A program made the translations under genes and the position numbers. Positions 9,696-20,419 of a DNA stretch of 64,000 bases are shown here, in pieces (the first letter of the stretch is position 1; the number at the start of each line of letters is the position of its first letter). The notes under the pieces are model-generated. The model ran no database searches and was not told the origin of the DNA. It saw nothing but the letters and a program-made list of their open reading frames with translations. Source of the DNA: Nitrosopumilus sp. (GTDB lineage Archaea; Thermoproteota; Nitrososphaeria; Nitrososphaerales; Nitrosopumilaceae). The stretch lies in assembly GCA_963662625.1 (NCBI GenBank), contig OY759726.1, positions 1,344,001-1,408,000 on the forward strand, read 5' to 3'.

Positions 9696-10318
9696 TCCTC
9701 CTCCTCCAGGGTCCACGGGGCGACCCTCCCGAGTATCCGGTGCCAGTCCAGCCTCAACAGCAGTACCACGACGGCGGTCATCGCGGCGCCGAACACGATC
9801 ATGCCGGTGTACACCACGGACGCGTCCTCCACGTCGCTCAGGAACGGCTCCACCAGGGATATCCCCAGGTTGCGTGATATCAGCACGATGGCGTAGCTCA
9901 GGACTATCTTTCCTGCCAGCGTCGCTATGAAGAACCTCAGCGGGTTGTACTTGGCCAGCCCTAGCGGGACGTAGACCAGATCGTCGGGGATCGGCGTGGC
10001 CGCCGCGAAGAACGCGGCCCCGGCGCCGTACCTCTTCACCAGCCTCTCGAACGGCCGCATCCTGCGCCTGGTCTCCTCCCTGATTATCTTCCTGCCGGTG
10101 TAGCTCACGGTGAAGATGATCTGCTTTGCGGCGGTGGCGGATGCCGCCGACAGCAGAGCCAGGACGTGGACGTTGAACTGGTCGCCTATCGACATCGTAG
10201 CGAGCAGCAGGAACCCCGGAAGCGGGACGAACGGGATGAGCGAGCCGAGGAAGTTGACCAGCCCCAGCCCCAGGTATCCCACCTCGGGGGCGAAGGGGAA
10301 TATGTCCGCAAAGTCCAA
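9692..10318 (-). CDS. DedA/VTT (SNARE-associated) membrane protein
   Basis: AATPIPDDLVYVPLGLAKY motif and multiple TM segments. Start uncertain (TTG at 10318). Confidence 0.8.
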   Translation of the reverse strand: MDFADIFPFAPEVGYLGLGLVNFLGSLIPFVPLPGFLLLATMSIGDQFNVHVLALLSAASATAAKQIIFTVSYTGRKIIREETRRRMRPFERLVKRYGAGAAFFAAATPIPDDLVYVPLGLAKYNPLRFFIATLAGKIVLSYAIVLISRNLGISLVEPFLSDVEDASVVYTGMIVFGAAMTAVVVLLLRLDWHRILGRVAPWTLEEED

Positions 10319-10427
10319 TGCTCTTGGAGGCAACCCGTTTTATTATAACGGTTCGGCGGGAAACGCCAGTCCCCGGGGCGCGCCGGCTCCCCCGGGCCTC
10401 CTGCCCCGGGGGAACCGGCGGGCCGGC

Positions 10428-10658
10428 CTACACGTTCACGTCAAACCCGTACTCCACCCCTATGTCGTCGAGTCCCGGCATGAGCAGCAGGTTCAGCCCG
10501 ATGCCGACGACCGCGAGGGCGATCCCCAGGTACAGGCAGTTCTTCGCCTTCCTGGAGTCGTCGTGGCGCAGGACAAAGTACGCGATGATCCCGCCAATCA
10601 GCCCGAGGAAGATCGGCAGCAGGAACCACCAGTTGCTCCTGGGGCGGTCGGGCTGCAT
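10428..10658 (-). CDS. small membrane protein
   Basis: Two TM segments (WWFLLPIFLGLIGGIIAYF). Confidence 0.75.
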   Translation of the reverse strand: MQPDRPRSNWWFLLPIFLGLIGGIIAYFVLRHDDSRKAKNCLYLGIALAVVGIGLNLLLMPGLDDIGVEYGFDVNV

Positions 10659-10756
10659 GATGGTATTGGTGCCGGGCGCCGTTTATTATGCTTTTTACGG
10701 GGGCCCGCGCGGCACCCGCCCCCGCACCAATGATTAAAATACAATATTCCCGCAGC

Positions 10757-11140
10757 ATGTTCGGGTTGCTAAAGAAAGACTACTCGAAGGTCTGCGGGGA
10801 GATATCCAAAATCAGCCCGTACATCAGGTTCGTGGGCCTGGTCGGCAAGGGAGGCAAGCTGCTTGCGTACGACAGGAGGCGCGGCATGAAGCCGCTCCTG
10901 AACGCGAGGAACACAAAGTACCAGTTCTCGCACATCGCGATAAAGACGGACATGGAGGGCTTCTTTGACCGGAGCCTGGGCCATGTGCAGTTCATCTGGG
11001 AGGAGCGGGAGAAGGTGCAGACCATCTCCTTCGGGATAAAGAAGATCAGGATCTGGATCTCGATCGACAAGATGGTGGTCCGCTCCGAGATGCTGCGCAT
11101 AATCGACGCGTGCCTCCCGATAGTCCGGAGGTACCAGTAG
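10757..11140 (+). CDS. hypothetical protein (roadblock/profilin-like, thaumarchaeal)
   Basis: IRFVGLV..GKLL pattern; ATG at 10757 follows an AT-rich promoter. Confidence 0.65.
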   Translation: MFGLLKKDYSKVCGEISKISPYIRFVGLVGKGGKLLAYDRRRGMKPLLNARNTKYQFSHIAIKTDMEGFFDRSLGHVQFIWEEREKVQTISFGIKKIRIWISIDKMVVRSEMLRIIDACLPIVRRYQ

Positions 11141-11154
11141 GCCCCCGCGGCGGG

Positions 11155-12090
11155 TCACCCCGTGTCGTACAGCCAGCACCTCACGTAGCCCGAACCCGCC
11201 TTGAACTTCGGAGGGGGCTGCCTGCACCTCTCCGCCGCCTCCGGGCACCTGTCGATGAACCTGCACTCCGTGGGGGGGGACAGCAGGCTCGGGGGCGTGC
11301 CCCTGATGTACTCCGGCTTGCCCCCGCTCAGGGTGGGGATCGACCTCAGCAGCCCCTGCGTGTACGGGTGCTTGGGATCCCCGTACACGTCCTCGGCCGA
11401 CCCGTATTCCACCATCTGCCCGCCGTACATGACCCCCACCATGTCGGCGACCTCGGAGAGCACGGCCAGGTCGTGCGTGATCAGCATGAACGACGTGCCC
11501 TGCCCCTTGAGGTCCTTGAGCAGGTTGACTATCTGCGCCTGGATGAGCACGTCAAGCGCGGTGGTGGGCTCGTCGGCGATCACCAGGCTGGGCTTCAGCA
11601 GCAGCGCCATCGCGATTACCGCGCGCTGCCTCATCCCGCCGCTCAGCTCGTGCGGGTACTTTTCCAGGACCTCCCCGCCGAGGCCCACGGAGCGCATGGC
11701 GTCGGAGACGGCCACGTCGGCGTCGCCCTCAAAGCCGTGCTGCCTGAGCACCTCCATGAACTGGTCCCGGACGGTGAACACGGGATCCAGCGAGTTCATC
11801 GCGCCCTGGAACACCATCGACACCTTCTTCCACCTGTACTCCCCGTCGAAGTCGGACTCGGGCATGTCCAGTATGGACCTGCCGTCGAAGAGGATCTCGC
11901 CGCTGACCTCGGCGCCGGAGAGCATCCGGACCATGGCCAGCCCCAGCGTGCTCTTGCCGCAGGCGCTCTCCCCGGCGATACCAACCGACTTTCCGCCGCG
12001 CAGCTCAAAGTCCACGCCGTCTGCCGCGTAGACCGGGCCCCCGGGCGTCGGGTACCTCACGGACAGGCCGGAGACTCGCAGGTCGTCCAT
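11155..12090 (-). CDS. oppD: oligopeptide/dipeptide ABC transporter ATP-binding subunit
   Basis: GESACGKST, YPHELSGGMRQR, IADEPTTALD, HPYTQGLL and the C-terminal Cys cluster. Confidence 0.9.
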   Translation of the reverse strand: MDDLRVSGLSVRYPTPGGPVYAADGVDFELRGGKSVGIAGESACGKSTLGLAMVRMLSGAEVSGEILFDGRSILDMPESDFDGEYRWKKVSMVFQGAMNSLDPVFTVRDQFMEVLRQHGFEGDADVAVSDAMRSVGLGGEVLEKYPHELSGGMRQRAVIAMALLLKPSLVIADEPTTALDVLIQAQIVNLLKDLKGQGTSFMLITHDLAVLSEVADMVGVMYGGQMVEYGSAEDVYGDPKHPYTQGLLRSIPTLSGGKPEYIRGTPPSLLSPPTECRFIDRCPEAAERCRQPPPKFKAGSGYVRCWLYDTG

Positions 12091-12192
12091 ACAGGTACTG
12101 GGGGCGCGCCCGCTTTTGTGTCTTGCATGCCGCGACGTGATCCGGCCCGGCCGCACTAGGGTTATAAGCGGCGCCGGAATACCCAATGGGTC

Positions 12193-12711
12193 ATGAACCT
12201 GCCCATATGCGGATTTGACGCGAAAAACGCGCTGCTGTGCCCGCAGTGCGAGGCTAGGCTAGGCGACGGCAGCCTGTCCAGGTCGGACGTCGACGCGTCG
12301 ATAAAGCTCGCGCGGCTGGCAAAAGAAAGCCCGGAGATCGACGGGTTCACGCTCTTCTCCTGCGCCGAGATAGGCGCCAACGTGGTCATCGCCCTGGACA
12401 AGAGCGACATCAGGGCGATAAGGCAGAGCAGGACGCTGTACGGGCTGATCCGCGCGCAGTTCGAGCAGAAGATCTGGCTCGTGGGGGCCGGCGAGGGAGA
12501 CGAGAGGTTCATCGGGGACCTGTTCTTCCCGACCAAGGTGCTGTCGGTCAACACCGTCTGGGCGCCGGGGGGCGCCAGGAGGGCAAAGGCCGTGATCTCG
12601 GGCAGGCGGACCAGCAAGTTCCCGATCGACACCGACCAGGTGGTCCGGATAGTCAAGGACGCCCGAAACATCGACATCGAGATAGAGTTCGAGGAGCAGG
12701 CGGTGGTATAG
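12193..12711 (+). CDS. archaeal NusA-like KH/Zn protein
   Basis: N-terminal PIC..D....LLCPQC and a KH-like C-terminus. Confidence 0.7.
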   Translation: MNLPICGFDAKNALLCPQCEARLGDGSLSRSDVDASIKLARLAKESPEIDGFTLFSCAEIGANVVIALDKSDIRAIRQSRTLYGLIRAQFEQKIWLVGAGEGDERFIGDLFFPTKVLSVNTVWAPGGARRAKAVISGRRTSKFPIDTDQVVRIVKDARNIDIEIEFEEQAVV

Positions 12712-12714
12712 GGC

Positions 12715-14001
12715 TTGGGATTCGCAAAGACGCACGACATCGTGGACCTTTCCGGGAGCCAGATAGGCGGGGAGGTGACCGTCGGCGGGTGGGTCGAGGA
12801 TCTCAGGAAGCTCGGCAAGATGACGTTCATCACGCTGCGCGACGTGACCGGGATCTCGCAGGTGGTGGTAAAGGGGGGCCTGAACGACGCCCTCGGGGAG
12901 GTGAACAGGCAGAGCGTGATCCGCGTCAGGGGGGTGCTGCAGGAGACCAAGGCGCGCGACTTTGGGTTCGAGGTGAGGGCGGAGCAGATCGACGTGCTCG
13001 CGAGGGCCGTCCACCCGCTGCCGGTAGACCCGATCGGCAGGCTGGAGAGCAACATAGACACGAGGCTGAACCACCGGGCGCTGGACATGAGGAACCAGAG
13101 GACCGCGTCGATCTTCAAGATAAGGCACCGCGTCCTGCAGTCGCTGCGCAGCACGCTCGTGCGGAGGAAGTTCATAGAGATCACCACGCCGAAGATAATC
13201 GGCAGCGCCAGCGAGGGCGGGGCCAACCTGTTCTCGCTGGAGTACTTCGGCAGGACAGCCTACCTAGCGCAGAGCCCCCAGCTGTACAAGGAGCAGATGA
13301 CAATCGGGCTGGAACGCGTGTTCGAGATAGCGAACTTTTACCGCGCGGAGAACTCCCACACGGGGCGGCACCTGAGCGAGTTCACCAGCGTGGACGTGGA
13401 GGCGGCGTTCATGGACTACGGGGACGTGATGGGGGTGCTGGAGGAGCTGGTGACGCGTGCGTACGCCGACGCGGCGGAGGACTGCGAGGCGGAGCAGCGG
13501 GCGCTCTCGCACGAGATCAGGGCCCCGGAGGCGCCGTTTGAGAGGGTCACGTACTCCCGGTGCGTCGACGAGGTGAGGGAGGCCGGAGGGGAGATCGAGT
13601 TCGGCGACGACCTGCTCGACTCGCACCTGAGGATCGTCGGGGAGAGGCACCCGGGGTTCTTCTTCCTGACGGACTGGCCCATGAAGCTCAAGCCGTTTTA
13701 CATCAGGGAAAAGGACGGGGACGCCGGGCTGTCCAGGTCGTTTGACCTGCAGTGCGGGTACCTGGAGCTGGCGTCAGGGGGCACCAGGCTCCACGACCCG
13801 GAGCTCCTCAAGGCGAGGCTGGGGGAGCAGGGCCTCGACCCGTCGCAGTTCGCGGACCACCTGGAGGCGTTCGGGTGGGGCATGCCGCCGCATTCGGGCT
13901 GGGGGATGGGGCTTGACAGGCTGGTGGCCACGCTCGCCGGGATCGACAACGTGCGCGAGGTCGTGCTGTACCCCCGCGACCCTGACAGGCTCAGGCCGTA
14001 G
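12715..14001 (+). CDS. aspS: aspartyl-tRNA synthetase (archaeal, probably non-discriminating)
   Basis: OB-fold, YLAQSPQLYK, FYRAENSHTGRHLSEF and GMPPHSGWGMGLDR. Confidence 0.95.
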   Translation: MGFAKTHDIVDLSGSQIGGEVTVGGWVEDLRKLGKMTFITLRDVTGISQVVVKGGLNDALGEVNRQSVIRVRGVLQETKARDFGFEVRAEQIDVLARAVHPLPVDPIGRLESNIDTRLNHRALDMRNQRTASIFKIRHRVLQSLRSTLVRRKFIEITTPKIIGSASEGGANLFSLEYFGRTAYLAQSPQLYKEQMTIGLERVFEIANFYRAENSHTGRHLSEFTSVDVEAAFMDYGDVMGVLEELVTRAYADAAEDCEAEQRALSHEIRAPEAPFERVTYSRCVDEVREAGGEIEFGDDLLDSHLRIVGERHPGFFFLTDWPMKLKPFYIREKDGDAGLSRSFDLQCGYLELASGGTRLHDPELLKARLGEQGLDPSQFADHLEAFGWGMPPHSGWGMGLDRLVATLAGIDNVREVVLYPRDPDRLRP

Positions 14002-14035
14002 ATGGTTTTTATCCCGAGGAGCCCCACAACATCCC

Positions 14036-14278
14036 ATGATAGACCAGGATGACGCAAAGAGGGTGGTCGAGGTCATCGGCAACAACCTGGTGGGGGTGTC
14101 GCACGACTCCGGGAGCTTCCGTAAGCTGCCGGACAGCTACTGGGGCTACTTTGCGAGGGGCCACGACAAGAAGGGCGCCTTCGGGGTGATCGTGACGTAC
14201 TCCGAGGACGCCGGCGACGTCGACCTGCTGATCAAGATGTACGAGGAGTGGGCGGAAAGGAACAAGAGGCCCGGGTGA
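14036..14278 (+). CDS. hypothetical protein
   Basis: MIDQDDAKRVVEVIGNN..., 80 aa with host-like codon usage. Confidence 0.65.
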   Translation: MIDQDDAKRVVEVIGNNLVGVSHDSGSFRKLPDSYWGYFARGHDKKGAFGVIVTYSEDAGDVDLLIKMYEEWAERNKRPG

Positions 14279-14410
14279 TCATTTGGTCTCCCGCAGGAGC
14301 TTCCTGTATCCCTGGCACTCCTTGCAGATCGGCTTGCCGCGGTAGGCCGGGTTGCCGTCCTTGATCTTGAGGGTCCCGGCGCCCGCCTTGCAGATGCAGC
14401 ACGCCGCCAT
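14279..14410 (-). CDS. small Zn-finger protein
   Basis: MAACCICK...PICKECQ (two CxxC motifs). Confidence 0.55.
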   Translation of the reverse strand: MAACCICKAGAGTLKIKDGNPAYRGKPICKECQGYRKLLRETK

Positions 14411-14481
14411 GGCGTACTGGCGGGCGCCCGGATTTATAAGAATTCGCAAAAGAGATAAGCCACGGGGCGGCAACATGAGGG

Positions 14482-14838
14482 GTGTACCGGTGCGACTTTT
14501 GCGGCTCTGCGTTCGGGGACAGGATATGCTACTTCTGCGACAGGGGGTGCTGCACCAACTGCATGACGGACGACAGGACGCGCTGCAAGGAGTGCTACGT
14601 CAGCAAGCGGAGGCTCGGATGGAAGAAGCTCGTGCGGAAGAACAGGGTCGTGCTGGTCTTCGCGGGGTTCCTGTGGTTCTACGCGGTGTACCCCGGCCCG
14701 TTCCTGCCGGGGCTGGATCCGGGGTTTTACACCGTCACGCTAATCGCGGCGGTGCTGATAATGATCCCCGTGGGCCTCGCCATGTTCTTCTGGTCCATCA
14801 ACCCGCCGACTTCCGACGTGAGGCGGCGGCGGGACTGA
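14482..14838 (+). CDS. Zn-finger membrane protein
   Basis: Four CxxC motifs followed by two TM helices. Confidence 0.75.
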   Translation: MYRCDFCGSAFGDRICYFCDRGCCTNCMTDDRTRCKECYVSKRRLGWKKLVRKNRVVLVFAGFLWFYAVYPGPFLPGLDPGFYTVTLIAAVLIMIPVGLAMFFWSINPPTSDVRRRRD

Positions 14839-15005
14839 CCGCGCGGCCGGCGCCGCGCGCCACGGGGGGGGGGGGCCACGGCCCGATCCTCCGGCGCGCC
14901 GCGGCATCATGTTGCCGAACCGGGTTCCGGCGGGGCGCGCCATACGAGCAAAGGCGTTCCAAGAGTGGCGCCCACAAACGGTTCCGGCAGGCGCGTCGGG
15001 GCGCT

Positions 15006-15329
15006 CTACACCCCGATCTTCTCGCACTTTGCCACCACGTCGGAGTAGAGGCTGAGGGGGACTATCTTGACCGAGTTGAAGCCGGACAGGCCGCTGTCTA
15101 TCGCCGCCTGCTGCAGTAGGTGGGGGTCGCTCGCGTCGACCACCCAGACGAACGTGTGTTCCAGCGCGGAGTGGTACTGGCCGACCACCCGGCTTATGCC
15201 GTACCTGTCCTTGATCACCGCGCCGTCCTCGAAGAAGGACTTTCCGTCAATGACGCTCTTCCTGCTTTGCCGGTTGTTCAGCGGGCACCCTTCTACCGTG
15301 TGCTCCCCGTACAACCCGAACAGCGCCAT
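15006..15329 (-). CDS. hypothetical protein (GYD/DUF3303-like ferredoxin fold)
   Basis: EHTVEGCP and EHTFVWVVDA motifs. Confidence 0.65.
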   Translation of the reverse strand: MALFGLYGEHTVEGCPLNNRQSRKSVIDGKSFFEDGAVIKDRYGISRVVGQYHSALEHTFVWVVDASDPHLLQQAAIDSGLSGFNSVKIVPLSLYSDVVAKCEKIGV

Positions 15330-15374
15330 AGCATGCGGTATGCGCCCGAGCATATTTAACTGTATTTTTAAAAC

Positions 15375-15441
15375 CAGTTAAGCGAAATGTACCCGATCCC
15401 GCCCCCTCATGGCGGGGGCTTGGGCTCCAGCATCCGGGCCG
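15375..15441 (-). mobile_element. isolated terminal fragment of the ISH3-like element
   Basis: Near-identical to 35526-35591 (cagttaagcgaaatgtacccgatcc...tccgggcc). Confidence 0.85.
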
Positions 15442-15748
15442 CAGTTAACACCTTATTAAATCGCTCAAACCATTGTGACAACATTACCTGACCGAAAGAT
15501 CCAGATCATGCGCGTGCCGACTGTCACCATGGAACGAAAAAACAGGCTGAAAAGGGGCCCGGCGTTCCTTCCCGGCACCAGCGTGCCGTACCTGAAGGCG
15601 TGCCACGGGAAGGAGGGAGACCCCAAGGCCCGCGAGAGGCTGCTGGCGTGCATGATGAGGAAGGAGGGGCTCACGGCGCGCCAGATAGCGTCGAGGCTGA
15701 ACCGCAGCCCCTCCGCCATGGGCCTCGAAAGGGGCGCAGGACGAGTTC

Positions 15749-15775
15749 AAAAAAAAAAAAAAAAAAAAAAAAAAA
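15749..15775 (+). repeat. A27 homopolymer
   Basis: 27 consecutive A residues inside the IS630 remnant. Confidence 0.9.
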
Positions 15776-15797
15776 CGGCGCGGCTGGCACGCAGGTA

Positions 15798-15935
15798 CCG
15801 TAGTCAACGCATTATCTATCCGTTCATTTTGGGCGTAACGGGTTCCTTTTTGAGTACAGTGGTGGGAGTGGATTCGCACACAATGCGTGTTTTGGCGGCT
15901 CACTGTTGAGCGATTTCATAAGGCGTTGACTACGC
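15798..15935 (-). mobile_element. IS630-derived MITE (about 138 bp) nested in the IS630 remnant
   Basis: Terminal IRs cgtagtcaacgc / gcgttgactacg. Its two ends match the two ends of the surrounding element in inverted orientation. Confidence 0.75.
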
Positions 15936-16475
15936 AAGCTAGGCTACGTCGTCCCCGTGGGGGATGATGCCACCGTCGGCATCGGGGGCAACAGGGCGCG
16001 CTACGGCTGGCACGGGAGGGGGAAGGGGAAGACCGCGCCGGTCACGCTCTCAAGGGACAGGAAGCACGCGTTTGGCGTCCTCGGGGACGGGGAGTCCTGC
16101 TGCATGTCCTGCGACCAGAAGAACTCCGGCGTGTTCATAAGGTTCCCGGGCAGGGTCCGCAGGAGGTTCGGCAAGGTGCCCGTGTTCGCGTACAACGCGT
16201 CGTGGCACGAGTCCAAGGCGGTGCTGCGCCACGTGAGGGAGTGCGGGGACGTCCGGCTGGAGTACTTTCCCCCGCACGCCCCGGAGCTTGACGGCACCGG
16301 GGTGCAGTGGAGGGTGATGAGGAACTCCATGGGCAACCGCCTGTACGCGGACATCGGGGAGGCCGTGGGATCCATACGCTCCATGATCCGCGAGAAGGAG
16401 ATCGTTCCGGTCAAAATGAACGATTACTTAATGTGTTGACTACGCTATGCAATAACTTAAATAATTTACTGCATA

Positions 16476-19400
16476 ATGTGGATCGTGCGCCTAATTCCTA
16501 GACTGGCTCTAGGCCCATCTCTTTTCGCCGTAGCCGTGATAGCGGTGGTGCTGGTCGCGTCGCCCGTGGTGCTGGGATCCGACGTGGGATACGCCGACAA
16601 CGGTGACGCGGGATCCGCTAGCTCGCTGTCGCTCATGTCCACGTTCCAGATCAAGGGCATCGACATAGTCGACGCGGCCAAAACCGACTCAACCTTCGGC
16701 ATCTCGGCGGCAAGCCTCGGCGACCTCGACGGCGACGGCACGGCGGACATCGCCGTTGGCGCGCCCGGAAACAGTGGTTGCGGCTGCACGGGGACGGTGT
16801 ACGTAATCTTCCTCAACCCCGACGGCACCGCAAAGCGCTCCGCCACGATCGACGGCACGACTCCAGGCGGCCCGCTGCTGGTCGTCGGCGACCAGTTCGG
16901 CGCCTCCGTGGCGGGTATTGGCGACCTCGACGGCGACGGCGCGCCGGACATCGCCGTCGGCGCGCCGGGGCATGTCCTCTCAAGCTCTGCAAAGGGAGAA
17001 CTCTACGTAATCTTCCTCAACCCCGACGGCACCGCAAAGGGCACCGCCACGATCGACGGCACGACTCCAGGCGGCCCGTTGCTGGGCGCAAACGACAGGT
17101 TCGGGCAGTCCGTCGCCAACGTCGGTGACCTCGACGGCGACGGCGCGCCGGACATCGCCGTCGGCGCGCCGGGCCCAGCACTTGGAAGTGCCCTCCCCGG
17201 AGACCTGTACGTGATATTCCTCAACCCCAACGGAACGGTAAAGCACACCGCCGTGATCAATGGGGATGTTCCCAACGGCCCGTCGGTGGTAGGCGGCGAC
17301 CAGTTCGGAGCCTCCGTGGCGGGTATTGGCGACCTCGACGGCGACGGCGCGCCGGACGTCGCCGTCGGCGCGCCGGGGCACCACATCGTGGGCTCCGCAA
17401 CGGGAGACCTCTACGTAATCTTCCTTGATGCTGACGGCACGATCAAGCGCACCGCCGAGATCAACGGCACCGTCCCCAATGGCCCGTCGCTGGACGCAAA
17501 CGACAGGTTCGGGCAGTCCGTCGCCAACGTCGGCGACCTCGACGGCGACGGCACGGCGGACATCGCCGTCGGCGCGCCGGGGAACTTCGGTTCGGTTATC
17601 ACGGGCAGCATACACGTCATGCTAATGAGCCCAGACGGCACCGTAAAGCGCACCGCCGTGATCAACGAGGACACCACCAACGGCCCCGTATTGGAGCGCG
17701 CTGACCGCTTCGGCTCGTCGATCGCAAACGTCGGCGACCTGGACGGCGACGGCACGGTGGACATCGTGGCAGGCACGTACGGGGACGATACCATGCATGT
17801 AATCTTCCTCAACCCCGGCGGCACCGCAAAGCGCACTACTGAGATCGTCGGCAGAGACGCTGTGCACCAGTCGTACGTGAACCACTTCTTCGGGTGGTCC
17901 GTCGCCAACGTCGGCGACCTGGACGGCGACGGCACTGCCGACGTGGCAGTCGGAGCCCCGGGCCAAGGACCCGAGAACGTCTTCATGGGTGATCTCTACA
18001 TCATGTTCATGAACACAGATGGCACCGCAAAGCGCACCACCGTGATCAATGGGGATGTCCCCAACGGCCCCGTATTGGAGCGCGCTGACCGCTTCGGCTC
18101 ATCCGTGGCGGGCCTCGGCGACCTGGACGGTGACGGCGTGGCGGACATTGCAGTCGGCGCGACCGGGCACCTGGCGGGCGTCATAACCGGCGATGTCCAC
18201 GTCATCTTCCTCAACCCCGACGGCACCGCAAAGCGCTCCGCCGTGATCAACGACGGGACATCCAACGTGCCGACCATGGCAAAGGGCGACCGCTTCGGCT
18301 CGTCGATCGCAAACGTCGGCGACCTGGACGGCGACGGCACCACTGATATCGCCGTCGGCGCGCCCGGGCCCGTCATCGGGAATCCCCGCACCGGCGGCGT
18401 CCATGTGATATTCCTCAACCCCGATGGGACGGTAAAGCGCTCCGCCACGATCGACGAGACGGTTCCCAACGGCCCGTCGCTAGCGGTAGCCGACGGCTTC
18501 GGGACATCGGTAGCCAACGTCGGCGACCTGGACGGCGACGGCACCACTGATATCGCCGTCGGCGCGCCCGGGCCCGTCATCGGGAATCCCCGCACCGGCG
18601 GCGTCCATGTGATATTCCTCAACCCCGATGGGACGGTAAAGCGCTCCGCCACGATCGACGAGACGGTTCCCAACGGCCCGGCCCTGACCGCCGGTGACTA
18701 TTTCGGCATATCGGTCTCAGGACTTGGAGACCTAGACGGTAACGGCACGGCGGACATGGCCGTCGGCGCGACCGGGCTCCTAGGGGACGTTGCCACCGGC
18801 GATGTGCACGTCATCTCCCTCAACCCCGACGGGACGGTAATGCGCACCACCGTGGTTAACGGCGGAACACCCAACGGCCCGGTACTGGCCGGAGGCGAGC
18901 GCTTCGGCGCGTCCGTCTCGAACCTCGGCGACCTCGACGGCGACGGCAACGTCGACCTCGCGGTGGGTGCGCTCACCTCGTCCTCGGTCTACGTAATGTA
19001 CACCTCCACCTTCCGGGCAGACTTCGTCACCACTTGGGAGACAAAGCTCCCCGGCGAGTACATCAGGATCCCGGTGGACGGCGCCACGGGCACCTACACG
19101 GTCGACTGGGGCGACGGCACATCCACGGTGCACAGAGGCGACGCCGCGCACGCATACGACACGCCAGGCACGTACCGGGTCAGCATATCGGGCGACTTTA
19201 CCAGGATCTACATGGGAGGAGATCCCGACAATGCGGCCAAACTGGTCTCGATCGATCAGTGGGGCACCGCCAAGTGGACCACGATGGAGTCCGCGTTCAG
19301 GAAAGCGTCTAACATGGTGTATAACGCAACGGATGCCCCAGACCTCTCAAGCGTCACCGACACGTCAAGCATGTTCGCGTTTGTCTCATCCTTCAACCAG

Positions 19401-20411
19401 TCCCTCAACTCCTGGGATGTCTCAAGCGTCACCGACATGTCCTACATGTTCCACTTTGCCTCCTCCTTCGACCAGAACCTCGGTGACTGGTACGTGGTGC
19501 CTGCCGACACCCGGGTGAACAGCGGTAACACCGTGGTCACCACTATCGCGGCGCAAAACGGCTACCTTGACGGGCAGAGCCCCGCGTACAGCGTGGCTCC
19601 GGGAGGCGACGGGGACATGTTCGAGATGTGCGGCAGCGTCCTCAGATCCATGTCCCCCGCGTACTCCAAGCCCTCATACAACATCACCGTAGTGTCCGCC
19701 GGCGGCTTTTCGTCGCCCAACTCAAGGGACATGACCGTCACCGTGGACGGCGACGCCGGCGGCGGCACCACGATCCGGGGAACTGTTTTCGCCGATTCCG
19801 ACGGTGACGGCGTCCAGGACGCGGGAGAAGCTGGAATTCCGGGGTATGCAATGTACGCCATAGGCATGACAAACCCGCAGGTCCTGTTGGAGGCAGTCAC
19901 GTGTTCTGACGGTACGTACGCGTTCGAGGGACTTACCCCGTCCGAGACGACGCTGGTGCAGGCCACATACTTCCCGTTTGACACCACCATCACTACCGGG
20001 CAGTTCTATGCGTACGTGCAGCCTGCCATGGGCACGTCGGTGACGTTTGACGTAGGGTTCCGCCCGGTACAACCGTCGGAGACCGTGACGCTCGACGTCA
20101 CCGCGTACGCCGACTTTAACGCAAACGGCAAGATCGACGCGGATGAGCCGGCCATACCGGGCGTGACAGTCACGGTATACACGTACACCACCAACGAGAT
20201 GGACTCCGTGACCACCGGCCAGGATGGCACTGCAAGCAAGGCCGATATCGCCCCGGCTGACTTTCTGGCGCAGGTGGTGGTGCCACAGGGATACGCCGCG
20301 GCGACGTCTCCCGTGGATCCGTCATCAGGCATCGCGGGAGCGCTCACCGTGACCAGCCCCTCGCCGGGCTCTACCGTCCAGATGCTGATCGGCCTGGTGC
20401 CTGGCACGTAG
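16476..20411 (+). CDS. secreted FG-GAP (integrin-alpha-like) repeat protein with PKD-like, DUF285 and SdrD-B-like domains
   Basis: Signal peptide; 12 x FG.S(V/I)...GDLDG(D/N)G..D(I/V)AVGAPG; YTVDWGDG; [10 protein letters not shown]; [11 protein letters not shown]. Confidence 0.88.
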   Translation: MWIVRLIPRLALGPSLFAVAVIAVVLVASPVVLGSDVGYADNGDAGSASSLSLMSTFQIKGIDIVDAAKTDSTFGISAASLGDLDGDGTADIAVGAPGNSGCGCTGTVYVIFLNPDGTAKRSATIDGTTPGGPLLVVGDQFGASVAGIGDLDGDGAPDIAVGAPGHVLSSSAKGELYVIFLNPDGTAKGTATIDGTTPGGPLLGANDRFGQSVANVGDLDGDGAPDIAVGAPGPALGSALPGDLYVIFLNPNGTVKHTAVINGDVPNGPSVVGGDQFGASVAGIGDLDGDGAPDVAVGAPGHHIVGSATGDLYVIFLDADGTIKRTAEINGTVPNGPSLDANDRFGQSVANVGDLDGDGTADIAVGAPGNFGSVITGSIHVMLMSPDGTVKRTAVINEDTTNGPVLERADRFGSSIANVGDLDGDGTVDIVAGTYGDDTMHVIFLNPGGTAKRTTEIVGRDAVHQSYVNHFFGWSVANVGDLDGDGTADVAVGAPGQGPENVFMGDLYIMFMNTDGTAKRTTVINGDVPNGPVLERADRFGSSVAGLGDLDGDGVADIAVGATGHLAGVITGDVHVIFLNPDGTAKRSAVINDGTSNVPTMAKGDRFGSSIANVGDLDGDGTTDIAVGAPGPVIGNPRTGGVHVIFLNPDGTVKRSATIDETVPNGPSLAVADGFGTSVANVGDLDGDGTTDIAVGAPGPVIGNPRTGGVHVIFLNPDGTVKRSATIDETVPNGPALTAGDYFGISVSGLGDLDGNGTADMAVGATGLLGDVATGDVHVISLNPDGTVMRTTVVNGGTPNGPVLAGGERFGASVSNLGDLDGDGNVDLAVGALTSSSVYVMYTSTFRADFVTTWETKLPGEYIRIPVDGATGTYTVDWGDGTSTVHRGDAAHAYDTPGTYRVSISGDFTRIYMGGDPDNAAKLVSIDQWGTAKWTTMESAFRKASNMVYNATDAPDLSSVTDTSSMFAFVSSFNQSLNSWDVSSVTDMSYMFHFASSFDQNLGDWYVVPADTRVNSGNTVVTTIAAQNGYLDGQSPAYSVAPGGDGDMFEMCGSVLRSMSPAYSKPSYNITVVSAGGFSSPNSRDMTVTVDGDAGGGTTIRGTVFADSDGDGVQDAGEAGIPGYAMYAIGMTNPQVLLEAVTCSDGTYAFEGLTPSETTLVQATYFPFDTTITTGQFYAYVQPAMGTSVTFDVGFRPVQPSETVTLDVTAYADFNANGKIDADEPAIPGVTVTVYTYTTNEMDSVTTGQDGTASKADIAPADFLAQVVVPQGYAAATSPVDPSSGIAGALTVTSPSPGSTVQMLIGLVPGT

Positions 20412-20419
20412 GCCCGGCG

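Larger units (their letters stand above)
15440..16447 (+). pseudogene. degenerate IS630-family element (HTH fragment about 15508-15720; DDE_3 fragment 15957-16439)
   Basis: KARERLLACMMRKEG..IASRL HTH; NASWH and YFPPHAPELD..W DDE remnants; ends cgcagttaac... and ...gttgactacgc|TA. Confidence 0.8.
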
